A stretch of DNA of 34,619 nt from Methanothrix sp. (lineage in GTDB: Archaea > Halobacteriota > Methanosarcinia > Methanotrichales > Methanotrichaceae), in assembly GCA_037128175.1 (NCBI GenBank), contig JBAXWY010000029.1:1-34619 (forward strand). Reading direction: 5' to 3'. Below the pieces are notes generated by a model. It saw only the letters and a program-made list of their open reading frames with translations. It was not told the DNA's origin and did not search any database. Position 1 is the stretch's first letter, and every line of letters begins with the position of its first letter. The translations under genes and the position numbers were made by a program. Positions 27,287 through 34,619 of this stretch are shown here, piece by piece.

Positions 27287-27622
27287 CTAAAAGGTATAAA
27301 TCCGGCTGCCTTCCCGCATCATATAGTCCACCAGACTCTCGTAAAAATCAGCTGGAACGGTTGCCTTCCCATCAGCAGAAACGCCCCTCGCTTCCAGGTC
27401 TTCCCGGCAGGCTAGGATTCTATGACTGCCGGGCAGAGCGGATGCTAAAGTCTGGTCCGCCTGGCCTGCTTGACTGGCCTTGTCAGCCTCTTCCCGGCCC
27501 AGCAGATTATAGACTCCATCCCCGGCCAGATAGACCACGGCATCCTGAGAACTGGCTATAAGCCGCAGGCATATTTTTGTGCGCTCGCTCTGGGGTGTTT
27601 TTGTCAAAAGAAATATCCTCAT
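27287..27622 (-). CDS. DsrH/TusB-like sulfur relay protein
   Basis: LAGDGVY and EDLEARGV motifs; last gene of the dsrE-F-H series. Confidence 0.8.
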   Translation of the reverse strand: MRIFLLTKTPQSERTKICLRLIASSQDAVVYLAGDGVYNLLGREEADKASQAGQADQTLASALPGSHRILACREDLEARGVSADGKATVPADFYESLVDYMMREGSRIYTF

Positions 27623-27960
27623 AATAGTATAATGCTATCCGATTGCAGCATCTCCTTTAAGAACATCTCCTCGTCCATCAGTTCCACTCTCTCCACCAGG
27701 CTGGCGCTCATGAGGCCTCGATCCGCCAGGGATTGTTCATGGGCCACGATCCTCATCTCCGGATAGGCGTAAAGGATGTCGGAGTGATTGGGCAGCCCTA
27801 AAGCTCTGCTGTCCTGATCGGCCAGGGCCAGGTAGACGCCGTCCCCGTAAAGGCCCACAGCTACATCCATCTTGCTGCTCACCGCTGCGGCATTGAGCAG
27901 GCCGAATGCCTTCTCGCTGCCGTAGGGGGCGCTGTCCAGGAGAAAGAAAAAGGATCTCAC
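27619..27960 (-). CDS. DsrE/DsrF (TusC-like) family protein
   Basis: APYGSE, YGDGVY, SLADRG; GTG start at 27960. Confidence 0.8.
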   Translation of the reverse strand: MRSFFFLLDSAPYGSEKAFGLLNAAAVSSKMDVAVGLYGDGVYLALADQDSRALGLPNHSDILYAYPEMRIVAHEQSLADRGLMSASLVERVELMDEEMFLKEMLQSDSIILL

Positions 27961-28021
27961 AAATAGAACATATTTAAAGCATGAATAACTAGATTTCCAT
28001 TCATACTTTGAGGCGAGAGAC

Positions 28022-28228
28022 ATGAGCAAGATTGCCGAGATGGTCCAGGAGCTCCCACCCGATCTTCAGCAAGAGGTCGAGGATTATGTGCAGTTCTTGC
28101 TGGAAAAAAAGGTAAGAAAGCACAAAGGCCGCATGAAGCTCGACTGGAGGGGCGCTTTACGTGATATGAAAGACGAGTACACTTCAGTAGAACTGCAACA
28201 CAAGGCTCTCGATTGGTGGAGCAGTTGA
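28022..28228 (+). CDS. DUF2281-like antitoxin
   Basis: LPPDLQQEVEDYVQFL...WRGAL...TSVELQHKA..W; TGATG coupling to the PIN gene. Confidence 0.82.
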   Translation: MSKIAEMVQELPPDLQQEVEDYVQFLLEKKVRKHKGRMKLDWRGALRDMKDEYTSVELQHKALDWWSS

Positions 28229-28635
28229 TGTATCTCCTGGATACGAATATCTTACTGGAGTTTCTCCTTGATCAAGAAAATGCAAACGACGTGGAGAAGA
28301 TGCTTCAAAGCGTTCCACCTGTCAATCTTTACATATCGGAGTTCTCTTTATATTCAATTGGCGTAATCATGCTGCGGCGAAAAATGCATGAAGAGTTTAT
28401 TCATTCTTTAATGGATTTGTTCGATGTCGGTGGCATAAGATTATTGCGCCTGGGTATTGATGATATGGGTGATGTTGTGAATGTGGCGCAGAGATTCAAT
28501 TTGGATTTTGATGATGCCTATCAATACGCAGTTGCAGAAAAATATATATTAACTCTGGTGAGCTACGATCGCGATTTTGACGGCACTGATTTGGGGAGGA
28601 CAACTCCTGCAAAAGTTCTGGATGGATCGTCTTAA
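28228..28635 (+). CDS. PIN-domain (VapC-like) toxin
   Basis: YLLDTNI..E, LDFDDAYQY, SYDRDFD acidic tetrad. Confidence 0.9.
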   Translation: MYLLDTNILLEFLLDQENANDVEKMLQSVPPVNLYISEFSLYSIGVIMLRRKMHEEFIHSLMDLFDVGGIRLLRLGIDDMGDVVNVAQRFNLDFDDAYQYAVAEKYILTLVSYDRDFDGTDLGRTTPAKVLDGSS

Positions 28636-28641
28636 ACGCAT

Positions 28642-29010
28642 TTATCTCGCTAGAACCACTACCCTGTCGCTTTCCTCCAGCATCTCTGCCAGGCGGTAGA
28701 GGCTCGTGATCTTGATCCCCTCCACATAGTCCTCGCTCTTTCCGCCCTCGGGCGCGTAGCCGCGCGCTGTGGCGCACCTGGGGCAGGCCTCCACATTTAC
28801 GCCCAGCCGGGCCAGCTCGGCAAAGAGCTCTCCTGCGTTGGCAAAGAATGCGGGATTCTGGCCGGCTTTGGGGATAGCAACCGCATCCAGATAGAGGAAG
28901 ATATTTACCGTGTGCGCTTTTGCGCTCGCCGCTTTGCAAATCTTGTAGGCCATCTCAGCATACTGGGAGATGTAGGGCCCGTCCGTGAGGATGATGGTCA
29001 ATGTGCCCAT
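28642..29010 (-). CDS. DsrE/TusD-like sulfur relay protein
   Basis: DGPY, FLYLDAV and ACPRCATARG with the conserved Cys. Confidence 0.85.
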   Translation of the reverse strand: MGTLTIILTDGPYISQYAEMAYKICKAASAKAHTVNIFLYLDAVAIPKAGQNPAFFANAGELFAELARLGVNVEACPRCATARGYAPEGGKSEDYVEGIKITSLYRLAEMLEESDRVVVLAR

Positions 29011-29095
29011 GCGTCGTTCCCCATAAATCCTAAATACCTCATACCACTGTCGCTACTATTATTACTATTACTACTATTTACTCTTACTAATCAGC

Positions 29096-29902
29096 TTACA
29101 AATACTCTCGTAAGGCTCGCAGCGTCTCCAGGCTGGTGGCGAACCTGGGCTCCAGTAGGGGCGTGCACTTCTCTAATGCGGTCTCCCCTCCCACCAGCCG
29201 GATGGCAAAGGCGTAGCAGCTCTGCTCGCCACAGATCATGCAATCTGTCCTGGGCAGATATTTGTAGACCTCAGCGTGATCCACCATAACCCTCTCTCTG
29301 GGAACAGGCGTAACGCCGCTAGCAATGGCTTTATTGATGGTCTCTTTCAGGCTTTCCAAAACTGCCCGGGCTTCGGCCTCGCTGCTGATCATGGTCATGG
29401 TCACGTTGCCCGTGGAGTAAAGGGTGATGAGGACATTGCCCTTTTGAATGATGAGGGCGCCGATCCTCTCCGAGTATCTGGCCCGTGGAAATAAGGGCTC
29501 CAGGAGCTTCAGGGCGCCGCCGAGCTGCGGCTCCAGCCGGGCGATGATGCGAAATTTGGAGACATCGGCAATGCAGGGCAATAGCTGCCGGACCTGTGTG
29601 ATTTGCAGGGGCATTGTCCCGGAAAGGTCCTTCCTGGCCTCGGCGGGCTTCTCGGCCTTGGTCTCCATGAAATTCTTGCCGAATTCAGTCAGGACGAATC
29701 GATCCTCCTTGATATCGGCAAGTCCGGCCTGCTGAAGCATTTGCAGGTGATAGTCCAGCATGGAAGCTCCCGCCGCCTGCTCGACCTCAGCTCTAGTTCT
29801 CTCCTTCTCAACCAGCATGGTCATTATCTTCCTTCTCGTGGCATTGGCCATGGCGTTGCTCACGAGTTTAACGTCTGCCTGTCCTCCAACCATATCGTCC
29901 AC
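29096..29902 (-). CDS. ArsR-like HTH fused to a putative Fe-S binding domain
   Basis: N-terminal TRRKIM..LDYHLQML..AGL winged helix; central LPCIAD; C-terminal LPRTDCMICGEQSCYAFA...CTPL four-Cys motif. Confidence 0.8.
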   Translation of the reverse strand: MDDMVGGQADVKLVSNAMANATRRKIMTMLVEKERTRAEVEQAAGASMLDYHLQMLQQAGLADIKEDRFVLTEFGKNFMETKAEKPAEARKDLSGTMPLQITQVRQLLPCIADVSKFRIIARLEPQLGGALKLLEPLFPRARYSERIGALIIQKGNVLITLYSTGNVTMTMISSEAEARAVLESLKETINKAIASGVTPVPRERVMVDHAEVYKYLPRTDCMICGEQSCYAFAIRLVGGETALEKCTPLLEPRFATSLETLRALREYL

Positions 29903-29919
29903 CCCATTGGCAAATCAAA

Positions 29920-30393
29920 TTATTTTCTCTTAAGCTGTCCGGCTAAGTTGAGCATATCAGCAACTGCCCCATCCGAGATCCTGTAGCGGCACCATTTTCC
30001 TTCTTTTCTCTCTTTTACAAGGCCAGCGTCTTCAAGTATTGAGAGATTATGAGAAATGGAGGACTGCGGTCTTTTCAAGGCCAGCATGAGCTCACCAATG
30101 CAAAGTTCCCCTCCGCTCAGAAGTTTGAGAATCTTGAGTCGGGTTAAGTCTGCTAAAGCCTTAAAGACTTTCATCTCGGCAGTCAATTCCTCTTCGTCGA
30201 TATTTTTTATTTGAGTGCATACCTGGAGACATCGCTCTCTGGCTATGCTTCTATCTCCATAAAACCGGACAAGAGTATTTTCTGCTTCGCAGCAAGCGCT
30301 ATCGTCCTGGCAGGAGGATTTCTCAACTCCTGGCAGAGGAAGGGGCAATCTTTTTCTTTGGATCATTGGGAACTCTTTATCCAGCATCAGCAT
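29920..30393 (-). CDS. ArsR/SmtB family transcriptional regulator
   Basis: FKALADLTRLKIL...ELCIGEL...QSSISHNL..L..AGLV..RKEGKW; N-terminal Cys cluster. Confidence 0.9.
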   Translation of the reverse strand: MLMLDKEFPMIQRKRLPLPLPGVEKSSCQDDSACCEAENTLVRFYGDRSIARERCLQVCTQIKNIDEEELTAEMKVFKALADLTRLKILKLLSGGELCIGELMLALKRPQSSISHNLSILEDAGLVKERKEGKWCRYRISDGAVADMLNLAGQLKRK

Positions 30394-30419
30394 AGCCTAC
30401 CAACGTGATTTATTACTAC

Positions 30420-30459
30420 TCGTATCAATCTATTCATATATAAGGATTTCTAGATACGA
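30420..30459 (-). promoter_or_regulatory. TATA box flanked by an inverted repeat (possible ArsR operator)
   Basis: TCGTATC ... GATACGA arms enclosing TTATATATG (minus strand), upstream of the arsR-like start. Confidence 0.45.
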
Positions 30460-30636
30460 TTCTCTTTGCCAAAAGAGATATAAGTATTCTCAAAAAAGGT
30501 TCCCACCGGTGAGTTTTTAGAGGATTTCGGTTACTACAATGGTCAGAACAATCACTCTCTGCTACTCGCAAAAAAAAAATTGCAGTTTACCTTTAGATCC
30601 GCCGCTATTGGGGTGCATCTTTTTTTTGGCTTCTTC

Positions 30637-30852
30637 TTACTCTTTCTTGCCTAGCGTATTCATGCCGAGCATTGAATAGAGCGGACAGGTCCCGACAATT
30701 CCCGTCACGAGCAGGATCAGTCCGATAAACGCAACAAGATACGACCATGGTGCTGCGACCGTATTCACCACGAAGAGGTAGAGCAGGATAATTCCAAGAA
30801 TGATCCTGATCACACGATCAATCATGCCAACATTCTTTTCTCCAATCTTCAC
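30637..30852 (-). CDS. DUF2892 (YgaP-like) small membrane protein
   Basis: NVGMIDRVIR...TG..GTCPLYSMLG.NT motif. Confidence 0.9.
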   Translation of the reverse strand: MKIGEKNVGMIDRVIRIILGIILLYLFVVNTVAAPWSYLVAFIGLILLVTGIVGTCPLYSMLGMNTLGKKE

Positions 30853-30945
30853 ACCTTTTCACCAGGATATAATAGCATGGATTAGAATATAAAATTATTG
30901 CATATCTGCCACGAACACTTAATCTATTTTCTCCTAAATACATAT

Positions 30946-31029
30946 CAAAGATGGAGCTGCCCGAAATGCGGCGAGATACTCTGTGTTCATAAATCGCAAT
31001 GTCTTTATTGCCGGCACACATGGCGCTAG
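30946..31029 (+). pseudogene. 3' remnant of a Cys-rich (DUF3795-like) gene
   Basis: Frame without a credible start: QRWSCPKCGEILCVHKSQCLYCRHTWR*. Confidence 0.55.
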
Positions 31030-31059
31030 AAAAGACCAAATGAAGGTGTGAGCTGGACA

Positions 31060-31566
31060 ATGGACATCGTTATCCGCAATGAGATAACGTCGGACATCAA
31101 AGCGATATCGGAGATCACGAAAGCCGCTTTTGAGACTCTTGCAGTTAGTAACCAAACGGAACAGTTCATCATTGATGCACTGCGAGATGCGAACGCGCTT
31201 ACCATCTCGTTGGTAGCAGTTGCCGGGAAAAAGGTGGTAGGCCACATAGCTTTCTCGCCTGTGACAATTTCCGATGGTAGCCCCGGTTGGTATGGTCTCG
31301 GCCCCATTTCTGTCTTGCCGGAATTACAGAAGCAGGGTATCGGAAAATCTCTGATCCGTGAAGGCCTGTCCTCACTAAAGTCATTGGGTGCAAATGGCTG
31401 CGTGCTCGTGGGAGATCCCGGCTACTACGAGAGGTTCGGCTTCAGAAGTCCCTCGGACCTGGTTATTGACGGCGTTCCGCAGGAGTACGTTCTTGCGTTG
31501 CCGTTCGATGAACGCAAAGCCAGCGGTACTGTGATATTTCATGATGGCTTTGCAGCAACCGGCTAA
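31060..31566 (+). CDS. GNAT N-acetyltransferase (YhbS-like)
   Basis: VVGHIAFSP, LGPISVLPELQKQGIG, VLVGDPGYYERFGF. Confidence 0.92.
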   Translation: MDIVIRNEITSDIKAISEITKAAFETLAVSNQTEQFIIDALRDANALTISLVAVAGKKVVGHIAFSPVTISDGSPGWYGLGPISVLPELQKQGIGKSLIREGLSSLKSLGANGCVLVGDPGYYERFGFRSPSDLVIDGVPQEYVLALPFDERKASGTVIFHDGFAATG

Positions 31567-31623
31567 CAGGGCGCAGGGGCCAATCGGCGAAATAGGGCGC
31601 TCTGGCTTGTCTCTGTGTTGGGG
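31561..31623 (+). mobile_element. Degenerate integron attC-like site
   Basis: GGCTAAC overlapping the stop ... GCCAATCGGCG/CGCTCTGGC inner arms ... GTTGGGG; 63 bp. Confidence 0.55.
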
Positions 31624-31764
31624 AGCGCCATATTCGGCATAGGTAAGACCACATGGTGGCCACTTTCGGCCGTTCATCAAAACCGGTCTTGAAGAAGGAT
31701 CATAACGAGTTGGCTTGGGAGAAGTAAAGGGGGCTGTGGTTGCCGGCGGAGGTCAGACGAATAT

Positions 31765-32580
31765 ATGAAAGAAACATCAATTAGATCATGGGATGAGTTC
31801 GTCGAGCAGGTGGAGAAGCTGCAGGCTGAAAGAGATGCCTACGCCAAACAAACATCCTCATTTTTCTCAGAATTGCTCTATCGTGGTCAGCGAGACTCAT
31901 GCATGAAGCTAGAGACAACACTTGAGCGATCGATACCGCATGAGATAACCCTAAGTAAGTACTATAACTTTGTCTATATCATACGGGCGAAGATCGAATC
32001 TGTAACAGGCAAGGATTGGTGTATTCCTTCGCGAGAGGAATTCGAAAAGTGGTGCGATGAGCAGCACATTCCTTTGCATGACATTCCTGGATACTCCTTC
32101 CTTGCATATCTTCGGCACCATGGCCTGCCGTCTCCCCTCTTAGATTGGACAAGATCTCCTTACGTGGCCGCGCACTTTGCCATGGCACCGCCTCCGCTTG
32201 AGGGTGTGCAACATGCTGCGATCTATGTCTATCATGAAGCAAAGGGATGGAAAAATGGAGACGATGAGGCACCCGCCATTCAGAGCCTTGGCCCCTATGT
32301 CACCACTCACCGTAGACACTATCTTCAGCAGAGTGAATATACAATCTGCACCGCGGGGAAAGGCCGATTACTTCGGTACGCTTCTCATGAAACAGTTGTG
32401 GCCCGAGATGATAACGGCCAAGATGGGCTCTGGAAACTCATCATCCCGATTTCCGAAAGGGTGGATTTTATCGAACACCTTCAAAGGATGAACATCAATC
32501 CATTTTCCCTTTTTGAGACAGAAGATAGTCTGATGGAGGATATTTACCTTTCAGAGATGTTTCTGCGGAAACGTCTTTAA
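31765..32580 (+). CDS. FRG domain-containing protein
   Basis: LYRGQRD, L..TLER, RHHGLPSPLLDWT.SPYVAAHFA. Confidence 0.9.
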   Translation: MKETSIRSWDEFVEQVEKLQAERDAYAKQTSSFFSELLYRGQRDSCMKLETTLERSIPHEITLSKYYNFVYIIRAKIESVTGKDWCIPSREEFEKWCDEQHIPLHDIPGYSFLAYLRHHGLPSPLLDWTRSPYVAAHFAMAPPPLEGVQHAAIYVYHEAKGWKNGDDEAPAIQSLGPYVTTHRRHYLQQSEYTICTAGKGRLLRYASHETVVARDDNGQDGLWKLIIPISERVDFIEHLQRMNINPFSLFETEDSLMEDIYLSEMFLRKRL

Positions 32581-32657
32581 TTAGGCTTACTGACGATATG
32601 CACTAAAGTTGCGTGCGTTATGCGTTTACCCGCGTTCGGTAGAGCACCACGTTTGGC
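32573..32657 (+). mobile_element. Degenerate attC-like site between the FRG and nuclease genes
   Basis: GCTTACTGACG pairs imperfectly with CGTTCGGTAGAGC, followed by a 5-bp spacer and GTTTGGC; inner ATGCAC/GTGCGT stem. Confidence 0.45.
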
Positions 32658-32674
32658 ACGAAATAGGAGGAAAT

Positions 32675-33544
32675 ATGGACTTCACAAAATTTGAGACTGT
32701 ATCAATCAAAAATCATCCCGAGTTGGACGAAAAGTGGGTTCAGGCACGAATCGCGGAAGATCCGTCTATCCTTGGTCTTGGCGATGTTATCCTAAAAGAC
32801 AAGGAACGTCCACAACCTAGAGCCGGGCGTCTTGATCTTCTCCTTCAGGAAGCAGAATCCAACGGACGATACGAGGTCGAGGTCCAACTCGGTCAGACAG
32901 ACGAAAAGCACATTATCCGAACGATTGAATACTGGGACATAGAACGACGCAGATATCCTCAATACGAACACATTGCGGTGATTGTCGCTGAAGATATTAC
33001 AAGCCGATTCCTAAATATAATTAGCCTATTCAACGGAATGATTCCACTTGTCGCCATCCAGATGAAAGCGCTCAAGGCAGGAAATAGCATTGGTCTTGTA
33101 TTCACTACGGTCGTCGATCAGATGACACTCGGACTCTTAGACGAAGATGAGGAAGTTCAAGAGACAACTGACCGCTCCTATTGGGAATTGCGTGGCTCGA
33201 AGAAGACTGTCGCCATTGCCGACGAACTGCTTGAACTTGCGCGAATTCACGATAAGGCATTGGAACTAAAATTCAATAAGTTCTACATTGGATTGGCAAA
33301 GGAAGGCCAAACGCGCAACTTCATAATATTCCGTCCAAAGAAAGGATTCCTCAGATTTGAGCCTCGCCTAAAGAGTACCACAGAGACCCAAGAATTTCTG
33401 GCCTCCGCCGAACTCAATGTAATGGACTATGATAGCCGATGGGGGCGTTACCGTATCCGACTGCAACCAGGGGACGTTGAGAAATTCAAAACGGTTCTCG
33501 CAGAAGTCATTGCTCGAGCATTTGCTGAGAGCAACAAAGATTAA
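32675..33544 (+). CDS. PD-(D/E)xK-like (NucS-type) nuclease domain protein with DUF5655-like C-terminus
   Basis: RBS AGGAGG; E..VQ..I..DPSILGLG, GRLDLL, YEVEVQ, IIRTIEYW; C-terminal KFNKFYIG. Confidence 0.65.
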   Translation: MDFTKFETVSIKNHPELDEKWVQARIAEDPSILGLGDVILKDKERPQPRAGRLDLLLQEAESNGRYEVEVQLGQTDEKHIIRTIEYWDIERRRYPQYEHIAVIVAEDITSRFLNIISLFNGMIPLVAIQMKALKAGNSIGLVFTTVVDQMTLGLLDEDEEVQETTDRSYWELRGSKKTVAIADELLELARIHDKALELKFNKFYIGLAKEGQTRNFIIFRPKKGFLRFEPRLKSTTETQEFLASAELNVMDYDSRWGRYRIRLQPGDVEKFKTVLAEVIARAFAESNKD

Positions 33545-33600
33545 GTGTCGAACAATGAAATTAATTAGTTTAATGAAAAATAAATAATATACTCTATTTT

Positions 33601-33745
33601 TCAAAGTACTTGCATATCAACTGCAGCCCGATCCTCCGCAAAATATCTCTCCTTCAGCTTAAGCGCCACCTTCGCCAGTCGATCAGCATGGCACCTCGAT
33701 GAGCGGCCCGATGACCGCAGCAAAGGCCTCCTGGGAGGCGATGCC
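33601..33745 (-). pseudogene. acr3: 3' remnant of an Acr3-type arsenite exporter
   Basis: GIASQEAFAAVIGPLIEVP, then after frameshifts LAKVALKLKERYF...*; AFAAVIGPLxEVP is characteristic of the last helix of Acr3. Confidence 0.8.
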
Positions 33746-33792
33746 CGTCGTTTCGGCAAGTTTAAACTTAAGAAGCATGTGAGGATTCAGTT

Positions 33793-34506
33793 ATGGCCAA
33801 TACCTGCAAAGAAGGAAATTTCGACGAAAAACCACCGGTGAATGTTGAAGAATATGATAAGTCCATCAGGCTATTTTGTGGTGCTTACGAAGAGATGTTT
33901 AAACTGACTCATTGCTACCTGCGAGCGAGGCTTCCCGAGCAGGCCAGGATTCTGGTAGTAGGCGCAGGCACCGGTATGGAAATTTCCGAATTTGCTCCTT
34001 TGAACCCTGGCTGGTCCTTTTGTGGCGTTGATCCTTCTGCAAATATGCTGGCTCTTGCCGGAAAAAAAATCTGTGAAAAGAATCTGGCCTGCGAAATTGA
34101 GCTGAAAAAGGGGTATGTGCATGACCTTAAAGATGAGGAGGTTTTCGACGCTGCCACCTGCATTCTGGTAATGCATTTTTTGAAAGACGACGGGACCAAA
34201 TTAAAGCTACTCGAAAGTATATGCAAACGCTTGAAGAGCGGTGCTCCTTTTGTATTGATAGATGGCTTTGGAGAGCCGGGCAGTATGGATTTCGAGGAGA
34301 TCAAAGCGGCCTGGAAGAATTACCCGATTATTAGCGGTGTGCCAGGCGAGATGGTGGAAAACGTCTTCAATGAAGTTATTATGAAGATGATCCAATTTGT
34401 TCCAGAGTCGCGTATAATGGAATTGCTGGAAACGGCGGGCTTCACAAGGGTGTCTAAATACTTTTCAGGATTTCTCTATGGTGGTTGGATGGGCTATAAG
34501 AAATAG
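33793..34506 (+). CDS. Class I SAM-dependent methyltransferase (CmoA-like family)
   Basis: ILVVGAGTG, GVDPS..ML, FDAATCILVMHF, L.SGAPF. Confidence 0.9.
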   Translation: MANTCKEGNFDEKPPVNVEEYDKSIRLFCGAYEEMFKLTHCYLRARLPEQARILVVGAGTGMEISEFAPLNPGWSFCGVDPSANMLALAGKKICEKNLACEIELKKGYVHDLKDEEVFDAATCILVMHFLKDDGTKLKLLESICKRLKSGAPFVLIDGFGEPGSMDFEEIKAAWKNYPIISGVPGEMVENVFNEVIMKMIQFVPESRIMELLETAGFTRVSKYFSGFLYGGWMGYKK

Positions 34507-34517
34507 ATATCAAAGAA

Positions 34518-34567
34518 GCCGAACAGCGAAATTGCGGCAGCGCATCCATGCAAGCAAGTTGCGATTT
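34518..34567 (+). other. Partial attC-like hairpin lacking a right core
   Basis: GCCGAAC, then the AAATTGCGGC/GTTGCGATTT stem (G-T wobbles) with inner GCAT/ATGC. Confidence 0.35.
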
Positions 34568-34581
34568 ATTTTTAATGAATA

Positions 34582-34601
34582 CCCCGCAGCTTGCTGCGGG
34601 G
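34582..34601. repeat. Perfect palindrome (REP-like or IS200/IS605-end-like hairpin)
   Basis: CCCCGCAGC-TT-GCTGCGGGG. Confidence 0.6.
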
Positions 34602-34619
34602 ATGGACAGGAAACCGTCT

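Overview
Archaeal chromosomal window, most consistent with a Methanothrix/Methanotrichaceae-type methanogen; this is inferred from gene content and promoter style. Host genes: a giant, 5'-truncated DUF11-like repeat surface protein, eno, rubrerythrin, a sugar epimerase, a GHMP kinase, an FAH-family gene, pyrD-pyrK, pspA-pspAA and a dsrE/F/H-like sulfur relay. These are interleaved with many small accessory insertions and gene remnants, and no integrase or transposase is present. Two patterns stand out. (1) Four paralogous acylphosphatase-domain genes, three with variable-length heptad coiled-coil tails; three share a sharply bounded 35-bp upstream motif and sit next to displaced, diverged 3' copies of host genes (GHMP kinase, FAH), which looks like integrase-free, homology-driven island insertion. 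(2) At 30.9-34.6 kb, a run of co-oriented single genes bracketed by inverted integron-type core sites and degenerate attC-like hairpins, i.e. a possible decayed cassette array in an archaeon. Also present: an hsdM-leader::XpaC-like fusion heading a VWA-TelA operon, an orphan low-GC TIR protein, a toxin-antitoxin pair splitting dsrE from dsrF/H, a 65-bp dispersed intergenic repeat, and remnants of SNF2/SWIM, acr3 and DUF3795-like genes. All family calls come from motif recognition by eye, not from database searches.
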